A stretch of DNA of 64,000 nt, taken from Methanomassiliicoccaceae archaeon. GTDB lineage: Archaea; Thermoplasmatota; Thermoplasmata; Methanomassiliicoccales; Methanomassiliicoccaceae. The stretch spans positions 222,621 through 286,620 of the forward strand of contig CAVSJV010000004.1 in assembly GCA_963728405.1 (NCBI GenBank). Direction: 5' to 3'. A program made the translations under genes and the position numbers. A model generated the notes under the pieces. That model saw only the letters and a list, made by a program, of their open reading frames with translations. It made no database searches and was not told where the DNA came from. This document shows positions 22,219 to 36,503 of the stretch, piece by piece (positions within the stretch are counted from its first letter, which is position 1; every line of letters starts with the position of its first letter).

Positions 22219-23829
22219 TCAGCTCGGGCTGAGCTTGGCGTTCTCCCGGTAGTCCACCGGCACGTCGATCACAGCCAGCTCGTCGTCCTTCAGGCACCTG
22301 GCGATGGTCTCCCTCAGCTCTTCGCTCGAAGAGATCCGGTATCCCGCGGCGCCCATCGATTCGGCATACTTGACCATATCGGGATTGCCGAACTCTGTGC
22401 CGATGGACCGGTGGAAGGCCTTCTCCTGCTTCAGGCGGATAAGTCCGTACTCCGAATCGTTCCACACGACGGTGACGAACGAGGTCCCCAACCGCTTGGC
22501 CGTCTCCAGCTCCATGCTCGTCATCAGTAAGCTCCCGTCGCCGACCGAGGCTACGACCTTTCGCTCCGGGAAGGTCATCTTGGCGGCGATGGCCCACGGT
22601 ATCCCTACGCCCATAGGTATGAGGCCGTTGCTCAGCAGCATGGTGTTCTCCTTGTATACAGGATATCTTTGCGCCATCCATATGAGGTGGGCACCCACAT
22701 CCGAGATAGCGATGTCATCCCGGCCCAGGGAGTCCCTGATCGCCCGGATGATGTTCTGGGGCTTGACCCCCTTATCTTCTTTCGGGGCCTCGGACAACAT
22801 GTTGACGAGCTGGTCCTTCATTCCCGTCGACCAGCTCTTCTTAGGATCGGGGTCGCTGCTGAGGGAGGTGAGGACCTTGCGCACGCTTCCCAGCACCTGC
22901 AGGTCGGGAGCGAACCCAGGAGCGGTCTCGCAGGCCACCGCCCCGATGTACGCTATCCTCTTCGGCGCCCCATAGTTCCAGAACTGCGGCTCGAACTCCA
23001 TCAGATCGAAGCCAACCAGGATCACGAGGTCGGCTGCTTCGAAGGCGGCTCTCATCATGTCCGCCCTCCTCAGTCCGACCGTGCCCAGGCTCAGGGCATC
23101 ATCGAACGGCGCCACCCCCGCCCCCAGCCAGGTCATGGCCACCGGAATGTTCCAGTTGCTGGCGAAGCATAGAAGGGCCTCTGAAGCGCCGCCCCTCACC
23201 ACGCCCTGCCCAGCCAGAATAATGGGCCTCTCAGATGCATCGAGCAGCCGTCGCAGCCGCTCGAAGTTGAAGATGTCCGAGCCCATGATCTCATGCCGGG
23301 TGATCTGCATCGGGGCGTCCTCCACCCGTTCCTTGAGAACATCCTCCGGCAGCTCCAGGAACACCGGCCCGGGCCGCTCCTGGGACGCAAGGTCGAAGGC
23401 CCGCCGGGTCAGGTCCGGAAGGCGACCGGCCGCCCGCACCGATATAGACTCTTTAGTGATCGGCCGGAACATGGACACCAGGTCGATGAATTGCTTACGA
23501 GGATGGTGCTGGCAGTCCACCTTTACCTGGCCACTCATGGCCACCATGGGATAGTAACTGAGGAAGGCCTCGGCGATGCCGATGGTCAGGTTGGCCGCTC
23601 CCGGTCCCAGCGTGCTCAGGCAGGCCCCAGGCCGCTTGGTCAATCTCCCCATCATCCCAGCCATGAACGCCGCGCTGCTCTCATGCCGGGTCAGAACGAA
23701 CTCGATGCTCGAACCGATGAGCGCATCCATCAAGTCGAGGTTCTCCTCCCCCGGAATACCAAAGATGTGCTTCACGCCTTCGTTCTCAAGGCATTTTACG
23801 AGAAGTTCTGCGCCCTTCATCCGACTCAC
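22219..23829 (-). CDS. Acetolactate synthase large subunit-like ThDP enzyme
   Basis: FGIPGEEN, RHESSAAFMA, TLGPGA, and the ThDP motif GDGS...WND. Confidence 0.9.
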   Translation of the reverse strand: MSRMKGAELLVKCLENEGVKHIFGIPGEENLDLMDALIGSSIEFVLTRHESSAAFMAGMMGRLTKRPGACLSTLGPGAANLTIGIAEAFLSYYPMVAMSGQVKVDCQHHPRKQFIDLVSMFRPITKESISVRAAGRLPDLTRRAFDLASQERPGPVFLELPEDVLKERVEDAPMQITRHEIMGSDIFNFERLRRLLDASERPIILAGQGVVRGGASEALLCFASNWNIPVAMTWLGAGVAPFDDALSLGTVGLRRADMMRAAFEAADLVILVGFDLMEFEPQFWNYGAPKRIAYIGAVACETAPGFAPDLQVLGSVRKVLTSLSSDPDPKKSWSTGMKDQLVNMLSEAPKEDKGVKPQNIIRAIRDSLGRDDIAISDVGAHLIWMAQRYPVYKENTMLLSNGLIPMGVGIPWAIAAKMTFPERKVVASVGDGSLLMTSMELETAKRLGTSFVTVVWNDSEYGLIRLKQEKAFHRSIGTEFGNPDMVKYAESMGAAGYRISSSEELRETIARCLKDDELAVIDVPVDYRENAKLSPS

Positions 23830-25107
23830 TCGAACGTCTGAGCGCGTTCCTTGTAAATTGAATCTGCGGCCTTGCGGAGCACTGCCTCAAGTTCGCCCCC
23901 ATCCTCGATCGGTATGATGTGGTTCCCCCGGAGCATCTCAATGGCAGGGGTGCCGTATTTCGTCGATACCACTGCATCGATGCCCTTCAACTTGTCCACG
24001 GTGCTCTCGATCTTGGTCCGATGGCCCGGACCGAACAGCGGGATCTCCTGCTGCTCACGCACATCGATGCTTTTTCCTTCGGAGATCTTTCCGGCCTCGA
24101 CCGTGTAGGTCCGGAAGACCTCGGCATGGCCGAAGTGCTGGTCGACGTTCTTGCCGTCGCTGGTGGCCACTGCGATGCGGAACTTGGTGTTGCCCTCCAG
24201 CTCCATCGCCGCCGGCACACTCCCCCCTCTGGCACCAGCCGAGCAGGTATAGTGGGCGAACTCGGCCGAGCGGTCCTCTCCCAGCAGGCCGATGGCGTCC
24301 GCCCGGCATTGCCGACAATGGCGCATCTGACGGATATCGACCTCGCACAAGTCCTGCAGCTCCTTCCGCTGCTTGGCCGTTGGGGCGGGCAGGTTCTCGA
24401 ACTTTGTTCCGGGGACAGGGATGAGCGGCAGGATGTTCACGATGAACGCTCCTAGCTCCTTTGCCCTCTTGGCAACGGCTGGGAGGTGGTCGGCATTGAT
24501 GCCCGGTACCAGCACCGAGTTCACTTTGACCAGCATCCCGGCGTCGGCGGCCTTCTTGATCCCTTCCTGCTGTCTCTTCAGCAGGATCCCAGCCGCTTCA
24601 GCACCATGATAGTTCTTGCCCTCGAAGTGGACGAAATCGTACAGCTTCGCTCCCACCTCGGGATCGATGGCGTTCATGGTGACGGTGATGAACTTGACCC
24701 CCAGCCCCTTGAGCCGGTCCACAGTTCTCCGGCAACCGGAGGCCGTTGGTGCTCAGGCACAAGGTCAGCTCGGGGAATTCCTTTCCCACCAATTCGAGCG
24801 TGCGGAACGTCTCCTCGTTCGCCAGGGGGTCTCCCGGACCGGCGATCCCGATGACCGAGAGATAGGGGACCTTGGTCTTTACGAACCGGATCTTCTCGAC
24901 GGCCTGTTCGGGGGTCAGGACCTCGGAGGTCACTCCAGGCCGACTCTCGTTGGTGCAGTCGTACTTGCGATTGCAGAAGTTGCACTGGATGTTACACTTC
25001 GGCGCCACCGGCAGGTGCATTCGGGCGAACTTCTTGTGGGCGCACTCATTATAACAGGGGTGCGTCTCCAGCATCGCCTTCAGGTCCGGCCTGTCCTCAA
25101 GTGTCAT
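23826..25107 (-). CDS. nifB: NifB radical-SAM protein with C-terminal NifX-like domain (frameshift near 24722)
   Basis: [28 protein letters not shown] and CRQCRADA motifs, plus NifX-like [17 protein letters not shown]. Confidence 0.88.
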
Positions 25108-25326
25108 ATTCTCATCCTGCCTGAGCATGATTGTATAGAACACATATAATCCAATTCCCTTAACTGGGCCCATCAACGAGGGTCTCCCTCCAGCATCAAG
25201 ATCCTTTTCGGGTCCGGCCCTGGTTCCAAATGCCATCGAGCGACTGGGGGCTCGACATCACGCGGCGCCCTAGTGCTCCTTGAAGGCAAATAATTCATAG
25301 GCGGGGCCAACATCGTAAGTCTCCGA

Positions 25327-25728
25327 ATGCAAGACGAATACCAGATCCGCAAGCTGATGGAGATGATGAACCGTCATGTACCGACGAAGCGGATCTCCCT
25401 GGCCGAGCTGATACGGTCAAAGGAGGCCGGATACCAGGGCAAGGATGGCGTCAACTATCACATCAAGCGCAAGGAGCTCGATCTCCTGGCCTCGATGCTC
25501 GATCCCGTTGAGAGGGAGAAACTGAAACTTCCCATCATTGTCATGACCGATACCTCATATGAGGCCGGAGGTGCCTGGAAGGTGATGGGCAAGCTGGAGG
25601 TGCGGGTCGTTTCGAAGATCGTGGAACGGGAGCCGGAGTTCCCCGATCAAATGCGGCTGTTCCACCCCCACATGGTCAAGCTGCGGCACGAGCTTCCCAC
25701 GGCCACCACCACGGTGTTCGCTCCCTGA
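25327..25728 (+). CDS. DUF61-like archaeal conserved protein
   Basis: MNRHVPTKRISLAEL, LKLPII and a LRHELPTATT ending typical of the family. Confidence 0.7.
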   Translation: MQDEYQIRKLMEMMNRHVPTKRISLAELIRSKEAGYQGKDGVNYHIKRKELDLLASMLDPVEREKLKLPIIVMTDTSYEAGGAWKVMGKLEVRVVSKIVEREPEFPDQMRLFHPHMVKLRHELPTATTTVFAP

Positions 25729-25803
25729 CGTACTTTCGAACATCCAACGATAATCCTTATAAGTGAATTATCTGTGTGTAGAACATCGGGAGGTATCGAA
25801 CAC

Positions 25804-26963
25804 ATGTCCAGTGATGTTCACGGTGCGACAGGGGCCACTGCGCCCCCTGCAGAAGGGGCTGGTCCTGCTCGCACCGGGATAACGGATCTCCCCCTTCACA
25901 ACGGGACCGCCCCTCGGTGGCTCTTCAATCGCATGGTCAAGCTGGCCAGTGCGATCTCCGACGTAATGCTGCTGGAGTGCGGCAGCGATGAGTACCTTCG
26001 CCGGTTGGCCGACCCGTTCTGGTTCCAAGCATTCTCCTGCGTTCTGGGGTTCGACTGGCATTCCTCGGGGACGACCACCGTCACCTGCGGGGCGTTAAGA
26101 AAGCGCTCGAAGGCAGGAAGGACCTGGTCATGATCGGCGGCAAGGGCAAGATGTCCCTGCGCACCCCCGACGAGCTAGCATTCCATGCGGACCTGAATGA
26201 TATGTCCGAGGACCATCAGGCCCGCTTACTATATGCATCCAGGATGTGCGCCAAGGTCGACAATGCAGCGATCCAGGATGGCCACCGACTATATCATCAC
26301 GCTCTGGCCTTCGACGACCTGGGCAACTGGACGGTAGTGCAACAGGGCATGTCCGATGTGACCGGTTACGCCCGTCGATATCAGTGGAATTCCGGGCACG
26401 TCCTCAAGTTCGTGGAAGAGCCCCACACTGCCATCCTGGGGAGCAGAGTGGAACGGCCCCTGAACATGACCGCTAGCGAATCGTCCGGGTCGCGGAAGGT
26501 GGCGGTGGACCTGGTCAATGATGGCGTCCAACACCTAGAGAAGGACATCTTGCTGGTGGCTAAGGGGCAGACCACCATTGATGAATGGTGCGGGGAGCGG
26601 CCCCTCAAACTGCACATGCCCCGGACGGTGAACTGGAAGGCCTTGAGAAAGGCGTACGAGTTCCAACCGACCGATTACGAAGAGCTACTGGCCATAAGGG
26701 GGGTGGGGCCCTCAGCGGTTCGCGCCCTGGCCCTCACCGGCGAGCTGGTCTATGGGGTGGAGCCTAGCTGGAAGGACCCGGTCAAGTTCTCCTTCGCGGT
26801 CGGCGGCAAGGATGGCGTTCCATATCCGGTGGACCGTCAGGCCATGGACCAGGCGATCTCTTACCTGCGAAAAGGAGTAGAGGAGACAAAGCTCAAGAAG
26901 AGGGAGAAACTAGAGGCGATGCAACGCTTGCGCTGCCTCGTCCCGGAAGACATCGAGGTCTGA
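25804..26963 (+). CDS. DUF763 family protein (frameshift near 26100)
   Basis: [38 protein letters not shown] and [15 protein letters not shown]. Confidence 0.88.
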
Positions 26964-27006
26964 CCATGGCAAAGTTTCTTGATTACCTTCCTCTTCACCA
27001 TGAGCA

Positions 27007-27570
27007 ATGGTAAAGGGTGAGAGGAAATCCTATGGGGCCAAGGGCGAGCTCCTGTATACTGAAAAGATACCGAAGAGCCTGCGCCCGCGCAAGGTCCTAT
27101 CCGGGAAGAAATGGTCATATATAGAAAACCTGGGACGGATCAGCGAGGTCGTCCTAGTGGTCTTCCTGCTATTCCTGGTGACCTCGACCGACCTGTCAGT
27201 AATGGCCAACGTGCTCAATCTGATGGCCGGCCTTGTTGCCCTCGTACTGATGTTCTACGCTACTGAGGTCCTCAGCCCCCGTGGACGGAGAATGAGCGTG
27301 CCGATAAGGATCTACTCCAAGGGGCTAGAAGTGCATACCTCGGCCCTGGAGGAGCTGAGGGGATATCCGAGCTTCATCCCTCAAGAGATGATCTCCAAGC
27401 TCATGGTCACCACCATCGCAGTTCCCCATGAGGGCCAATCCATCGTCATGCCCACCACTCTAAAGCTCGCCCTTTCCAATGGCAAGGTCCTCAACCTCGG
27501 CCGGCGCAACTACTACGAGCTGGAGAACATGATCAAGCTGATGAAGGACAAGTATGGCGTTCATGAGTGA
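27007..27570 (+). CDS. 2-TM membrane protein with PH-like C-terminal domain
   Basis: Two hydrophobic helices followed by a beta-rich domain (IRIYSKGLEV...LKLALSNGKVLNLG). The PH-like fold is inferred. Confidence 0.65.
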   Translation: MVKGERKSYGAKGELLYTEKIPKSLRPRKVLSGKKWSYIENLGRISEVVLVVFLLFLVTSTDLSVMANVLNLMAGLVALVLMFYATEVLSPRGRRMSVPIRIYSKGLEVHTSALEELRGYPSFIPQEMISKLMVTTIAVPHEGQSIVMPTTLKLALSNGKVLNLGRRNYYELENMIKLMKDKYGVHE

Positions 27571-28330
27571 ACGCTTTCTTTTTTTATCCCACTGGTGAAC
27601 CACTGCTCCCCCCCATGGGGGGGCGGCCAACCCATCTATCGTTCCCCCCTTCAATATGCAATTCGGACGCTGCGTGGATCCTGTTGATAAACCACGCCCC
27701 AGGGATCGAACCATTCTCAAGCTCATCCACCTATGCTCCAATGGAGGGCATATCACGCCCCCCCAATTGTTGGTCCCGCCTTTCCGACCACATTGCACCG
27801 GGCCCTTTGAGATCAGTGGTTCGAGGATTCGAAACATCTACTCCCCCCATCCTCCCCAATCTTCGGTTGAGGCATTTTATTATCACAACGCAAAAGACAT
27901 TGCCTCTGAAGGTGGTGAACGGGAGTGATCTCATTTTCGAATTGACCTAACGAGTTCTGGCCGATCTAGCTTACGCTGAACAAGATGAACGCTGCTCTAG
28001 AACACAGTATCATCGAAAAAATCCAATGGAACGGCCCGTTCGACTTGCTGTTCAATGGCGATGCATTGAAGGCCGATCATATGCAGAATCCTTCCACCTG
28101 ATTGTTGAGTATTTACAGATTGTGGCGAAAATGTCGACATGAACGAAAGCCATCTGATGCTATGGCTGTTCGATCCTTTATCTGCAATTCCAGAATGTTC
28201 GAAAGAACAATTTGGCTTTGTTAAAGCCTAATACTGAATAAAAAACTCAGATTCCTGGTTTGATAGATAGAAAAATACTAATTCGGAAGAGTTGACCATA
28301 TGCAATTCGTTTGACTGTTAAGCCGACACA

Positions 28331-31256
<2,926 letters not shown>

Positions 31257-31436
31257 TGTGTCGGCTTAACACACAGTCCGAATTGCATATGATCGGTAAT
31301 CATTAAACGCCAGGACCTCTTCCTTAATCCCAACGCTCTCCACCACTTCCCCGGAGAGGTTGCCTTTCCGGGTGCATCAGAGTGATATTTGGTCGATTTT
31401 TCGCTTCGACCGAAGCTTCCCTTCATGCTCGAAGGG

Positions 31437-31657
31437 CTATATATAGGTTGTCTTTTCGACAGTTCCTATCGCCCGAAACCGTTTTGGTTCCGGGCTCTCC
31501 CACCTAAGCGCTTATTGTATATAAGCATTTTGTAGGAGTTTGCTCCCAACATGCCTCGTTTCCGAGACATGCCAGACACATAGGTCGCTGCCTATGCCCG
31601 AGACATTCCTTGCGTTTCGGGCTTTCCCAGCTAAGTCGCTATAGTATTTAAGCATTT
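31437..31657 (-). promoter_or_regulatory. Tandem TATA-box promoters upstream of the 23S gene
   Basis: Minus-strand AAATGCTTATATAC (31517-31530) and AAATGCTTAAATAC (31644-31657) are near-identical BRE/TATA-like boxes. A third, ACCTATATATAG, lies near 31440. Confidence 0.55.
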
Positions 31658-31815
31658 CCTTAACTGTTTACCGCCATATATTTCCTAGGATCGCATCTTG
31701 GCCCCAGGCCTGGCGGGATTATGTGTAGGCCCGTCCTCCATCATATACCTATTCTTGCTATGAGCACACAATTACGTTCGGACGCCGCCGTTTATGATAC
31801 TAATATAATAAGAGG

Positions 31816-32682
31816 CTAGAGCCGACGACTTTTTCGGATCAGCCCAGGGATCTCGGAAGCACGACCGGCCACGGAGGCGCCCGCTAGCTCCAACGCATCC
31901 ATCTTGCTCTTGGCGGTCCCCTTCCCCCGAGAGATGATGGCCCCGGCGTGACCCATTCTCTTTCCTACCGGAGCAGTGCGGCCAGCGATGTACGCTACCA
32001 CTGGCTTCCCCATGTGGGTCCGTATGAACTCGGCCGCTTCCTCCTCGGCGGACCCCCCGATCTCTCCAATGAGCACGACCTCGTCGGTGCGGTCGTCCTC
32101 CTCGAAATGCCTCAAAGCATCCACGAAAGAGGTGCCAATTATCGGATCTCCGCCAATTCCTAGGCAGGCGGATTGACCCATACCGGCCTCGGATAGGGAG
32201 TTCACGACCTCGTACGTCAGCGTCCCGCTGCGGGACACCACCCCTACGCTCCCCTCTTGGAAGATCTGGTTGGGCATGATCCCCAGCTTGGTTCGCCCAG
32301 GGATGGCGATTCCGGGGCAATTGGGGCCGATTACCGTGGCACCCATCAACTTGGCGAACTGAACAACGACCATGGCATCGTGGACGGGCATATGCTCGGT
32401 GATCAGGACCACAGTCATCATCCCAGCTTCAAGCGCCTCCAACGCACCATCCTTGGCCGCCGCCGCGGGTACGAAGATCACCGTTGCGGAGGCATCCTCC
32501 CTCTCCAGCGCTTCTCGGACCGAGTCATAGACTGGCACCCCTTCGATGCTGTCCCCACCTTTTCCAGGGGTGACACCGGCCACGATGGTTGTCCCGAACT
32601 CTAGCATGGCCTTGGTGTGGAACCTACCCTGATGCCCAGTGACTCCCTGGACGATAACCTTGGTCCGAGCGTCGACGATCAT
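31816..32682 (-). CDS. sucD: Succinyl-CoA synthetase alpha subunit
   Basis: [30 protein letters not shown] and phospho-His motif RMGHAGA. Confidence 0.95.
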   Translation of the reverse strand: MIVDARTKVIVQGVTGHQGRFHTKAMLEFGTTIVAGVTPGKGGDSIEGVPVYDSVREALEREDASATVIFVPAAAAKDGALEALEAGMMTVVLITEHMPVHDAMVVVQFAKLMGATVIGPNCPGIAIPGRTKLGIMPNQIFQEGSVGVVSRSGTLTYEVVNSLSEAGMGQSACLGIGGDPIIGTSFVDALRHFEEDDRTDEVVLIGEIGGSAEEEAAEFIRTHMGKPVVAYIAGRTAPVGKRMGHAGAIISRGKGTAKSKMDALELAGASVAGRASEIPGLIRKSRRL

Positions 32683-33795
32683 ACCCTCCCTCCCAGCTTC
32701 ACGACGTCCCGGACCGCATCCTCTAGGGTCGTGTGAGCAGCTATGCCTCGGGAGCGCAACATCTCCTGGGCCTTCAACTCGTTCACCCCACGTATCCTGG
32801 TCACGACCGGGATTGTTTCAGCCTGCTGGTCCAGAGCTCGTAGTACGCCCTCGGCCACGGTATCGCACCGGGTGATTCCTCCGAAGATGTTGATAAGGAT
32901 CGCTTTCGGGGCGGAACGGGCCATGATGCCGAGAGCGATCTCCACCTTGGCCGGATCGTCGGTCCCTCCCAAATCCATGAATGCTCCGGCTGATCGGTCG
33001 CTGAGGGCCAGCTCATCGAGGGTGGCCATAGTGAGGCCCGCCCCGTTGGCGATGACGCCTATCTCGCCGTCCAAGCGGACGAAAGTGATGCCATTTTCTC
33101 GAGCTTCCGACTCCAATGGATCCTCTTCAGTCTGGCGGACCTTCAGTTCGGAATGACGGAACAGGGCGTCATCATTTATCACGATCTTGCAATCCGCGGC
33201 CACCAGCCCGCCGCCCCTGGTCAGAACCAGAGGATTGATCTCGACGAGCTCACAGTCCTCGGCCACGAACAGCGCCCACAGATGGACGCAATAGATCGTG
33301 AACGGTGGCATTCTGCCCCTCAAGACCAAGAGCTGCCGCTACCTCCCTAGCCCTATATGCCCCTATACCTAGGAAAGGATGTACTGGCCACTTGTGGACC
33401 GCCTCTTTTGGTAGCGACTCGACGTCCACCCCACCCCGGTCGGCCACCAGAATCGCCGGGGTCCCCAAGGACCGGTCGATCAGGATGCTGAGGTACATCT
33501 CCTTGGAGATCGCTAGAACTTCCTCTATAAGTACCGCATTTACAGGGTGTCCATGGATGATCATCCGCAGGACCCTTCTGGCCTCCCGTTCGACCTCCTC
33601 CCGGTTCGAGGCCAGGACCACTCCTCCGACCTTTCCCCGGCCCCCAGTCGGAACGAGGGCCTTGACCATGGCCGGTACGCTCACATCTCCAAGTTGGTCA
33701 GGTCCGGTGATCGTCCTGCCGAGGGGCACCGGGATACGGTGGTCCCGGAGAAGCCCCTTCCCCTGGTCCTCAAGGAGCATCATGTCAAGGCTCAA
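32679..33795 (-). CDS. sucC: Succinyl-CoA synthetase beta subunit (frameshift near 33285)
   Basis: [25 protein letters not shown] and [10 protein letters not shown] are spread across two frames. Confidence 0.9.
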
Positions 33796-34018
33796 TACGG
33801 ATTACAGCGAGATATTACTTGTCCGGGGCCCGCGATATTTGTCAAAATATTTTTATAAATTATCTCACCATGGCTTGAGCGATAGCTGTCCATTCCGAGA
33901 TTTTTATCGACCAGTTGCCCAGTTACCTATTAGAATATATATGAGCCATTGTATATTTATCTAGAAGATTTTCCATTTCTAGGAAAGACTAAATAGGCCT
34001 TTATTCTTCACAAAATCG

Positions 34019-34660
34019 ATGGCCGTCCATATGTTTCCTGGAGCCGGTTACGATTGTAACATCTTTGTGATCTCAGGGAACAGACCGATAGTGGTGGACA
34101 CCGGCACCGGAGATCGACACGACCGCATCGTCGAGAAGATAAGAAAGTTGATCGGCGATAGGGTGGTAGGATCGATCGTCCTGACCCATCGACATTATGA
34201 TCACGTGGGTGGGGCGGCCGCGTTGTCTAAGTCACTAGACGCACCAGTCTACGCCCATGAACAAGATGCCGGGCCGATCAAGGATGGATCGGCCCGAGAT
34301 ACCGAGGCAATATTGTTCGAGCGGAGGATCGAGCCGGTCGAGGTCATACCGCTCAGGGGAGGAGAAATCTTCTCCACCGGAGACCACGAACTAAGGATTA
34401 TTCATACTCCGGGACACACCATTGGAGGCATCTGCCTGTTCGACCAGGAAAAAAAGATACTGCTGTCCGGCGATACGGTGTTCGCCGGAGGGGTGGGAAG
34501 GTGGGACCTTGCCACCGGTGACCGGGAGAAGCTCGCCGAGTCGGTACGTTCGTTGATCGCATTAGCTCCCGTGGACCTGTATCCCGGGCACGGGCCCTGC
34601 GCTCTCGGCGATGGTAGCGAGCAGATAATGGACGCGTTGAGATATTTAGGGGAATACTGA
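34019..34660 (+). CDS. Metallo-beta-lactamase-fold hydrolase (glyoxalase II-like)
   Basis: THRHYDHVGG, TPGHT, SGDT and PGHG. Confidence 0.9.
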   Translation: MAVHMFPGAGYDCNIFVISGNRPIVVDTGTGDRHDRIVEKIRKLIGDRVVGSIVLTHRHYDHVGGAAALSKSLDAPVYAHEQDAGPIKDGSARDTEAILFERRIEPVEVIPLRGGEIFSTGDHELRIIHTPGHTIGGICLFDQEKKILLSGDTVFAGGVGRWDLATGDREKLAESVRSLIALAPVDLYPGHGPCALGDGSEQIMDALRYLGEY

Positions 34661-35298
34661 TGGAAATCATCAAATGCGAGGAGAAGGGCGGGGTGCCGCG
34701 CATCCCAGAGGCGAAGGTAAAGCAAGTCGTGTCCGAGCTGGCCGCCGGCCGCCTCATCGTCTATCCTACCGAAACCGTCTACGGCCTCGGCTGCGATCCG
34801 TTCGATGAGACCGCTGTGAAAAGAATCTATATGGCCAAGCGGAGACCGTTCGATATGCCCATGTCCATCGCGGTCAAGGACCTTCAGATGATGGAGGAGC
34901 TTACTATCCTTGATGACCGTGCCCGCAGGCTCGTCAGGGCGTTCATGCCCGGCCCCATCACGCTCATCGTAACCAAGCGGCCCACGATCCCCGATATCCT
35001 CACCGCTTCGACCAACGAGATCGGGATCAGGATCCCGGATCACCCCGTCGCTCTCAAGCTCATCGAGGAGTTCGGCCCCATCGTCACCACCTCGGCAAAC
35101 GTCCACTCGCACAAGAACCCCGTCATCTGCCAAGATGCCATTGACGACCTGGGCCCATCGGTAAGCATCTACCTTGACAGCGGCCCCTGCAGGTTCAAGA
35201 TGCCCTCTACCATCGTCCAACTCAACGAGGGGGAGATGGCCCTTATCAGACCTGGAGCAATATCTACCGAGACGATCGAGGCGGCCTTGAATGAATGA
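34660..35298 (+). CDS. sua5: L-threonylcarbamoyladenylate synthase (Sua5/YrdC, TsaC-type)
   Basis: YPTETVYGLG, KRR, PGPIT, IGIRIPD, TSAN and PSTIV. Confidence 0.92.
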   Translation: MEIIKCEEKGGVPRIPEAKVKQVVSELAAGRLIVYPTETVYGLGCDPFDETAVKRIYMAKRRPFDMPMSIAVKDLQMMEELTILDDRARRLVRAFMPGPITLIVTKRPTIPDILTASTNEIGIRIPDHPVALKLIEEFGPIVTTSANVHSHKNPVICQDAIDDLGPSVSIYLDSGPCRFKMPSTIVQLNEGEMALIRPGAISTETIEAALNE

Positions 35299-36178
35299 GG
35301 ACGTCCTTGAAAAGATAAGAAAGGCCGGGGCGGTGGCCAGAGAGGCGCGCCAGCTCGGCGCGTCCATGGTCGATGAGGGGGTCCCGCTGCTCAAAGTGGC
35401 CGATGAGGTCGAAGCATATATCGTTCAGAGGGGTGCCCGTCCTGCTTTCCCAACGAACATCAGTATCAATGACATAGCGGCCCATTACACTCCTCGCTCC
35501 GATGATAAGCTGACCTTTCGACGGGGTGATCTAGTGAAGGTGGATGTGGGAGCGCATGTGGATGGATATATCGGCGACACCGCCGTCACCGTCGAGGTGA
35601 GGACCAAGAACTGGGCCAACCTTATAGACGCATCATCCAAGGCCCTGACCATGGCCATCGATATGATCGGGGAAGGCGTCCCGGTCGGTGCGATCGGCGG
35701 GACGATAGAGCGGACCATCAAGAGCAACGGGTTCGTGCCGGTGACCAACCTGACCGGCCATGGCATGAACCAATACAATCTTCATGCCGGGCTGACCATC
35801 GCCAACTTCGATGACGGCAACACTACCAGGGTCAGCAGGGACATGATACTGGCCATTGAGCCTTTTGCCACTCACGGGGCCGGCGAGGTCCGTAACTCGA
35901 AGCCGGGCAATATCTACCGCATCTTCCGGGACCGAGCGGTCAAGGACGAGAAGGCTATGGCACACTTCCGCCTGATCAAGGAGAACTTCGGCACCCTGCC
36001 ATTCTGCGAGAGATGGTGCACCGCCTTGGACCCCGGGGCCCCCAACCACCTGAAGACCCTTGTGCGCCACGGAGTTCTGTTCGCTTACCCGATCCTGTCC
36101 GAGGTCAAAGGTGGCATGGTATCCCAGACCGAACATACCGTGGTCATCAACGGACATAAGGCGCAGATAACGACCTGA
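35291..36178 (+). CDS. map: Type II methionine aminopeptidase
   Basis: AAHYTP, KVDVGAHVDGYIGD, NLTGH, AIEPFAT and QTEHT. Confidence 0.96.
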   Translation: MNEDVLEKIRKAGAVAREARQLGASMVDEGVPLLKVADEVEAYIVQRGARPAFPTNISINDIAAHYTPRSDDKLTFRRGDLVKVDVGAHVDGYIGDTAVTVEVRTKNWANLIDASSKALTMAIDMIGEGVPVGAIGGTIERTIKSNGFVPVTNLTGHGMNQYNLHAGLTIANFDDGNTTRVSRDMILAIEPFATHGAGEVRNSKPGNIYRIFRDRAVKDEKAMAHFRLIKENFGTLPFCERWCTALDPGAPNHLKTLVRHGVLFAYPILSEVKGGMVSQTEHTVVINGHKAQITT

Positions 36179-36503
36179 ACTTTTAATAATGAGGAGGGAG
36201 AGGCGCCACCTCTTGGTTTAAAATCTGTGGGTGGTTCGAATCTGGAGGAAATAGTGAGGTACCTAAGCGCCCCTCCCCGCACCTGCTTTCACAGGTGAAC
36301 CAGTATCATATTTTAAATATAAAATACTTACCATTACATACTGCAGAACATATAATATTAGCCAGCGTCCGTTTTCGTGAGCTTAGGGTATATTAAGCAA
36401 GATGGCGACATGTATCCAAGCCCTCGTTGGTTTCCATACGAGCCATTGCCGATCACCGGTCCCCCGTCGAACGAATGATGACATCGATAGGCCGTATGGT
36501 CTC

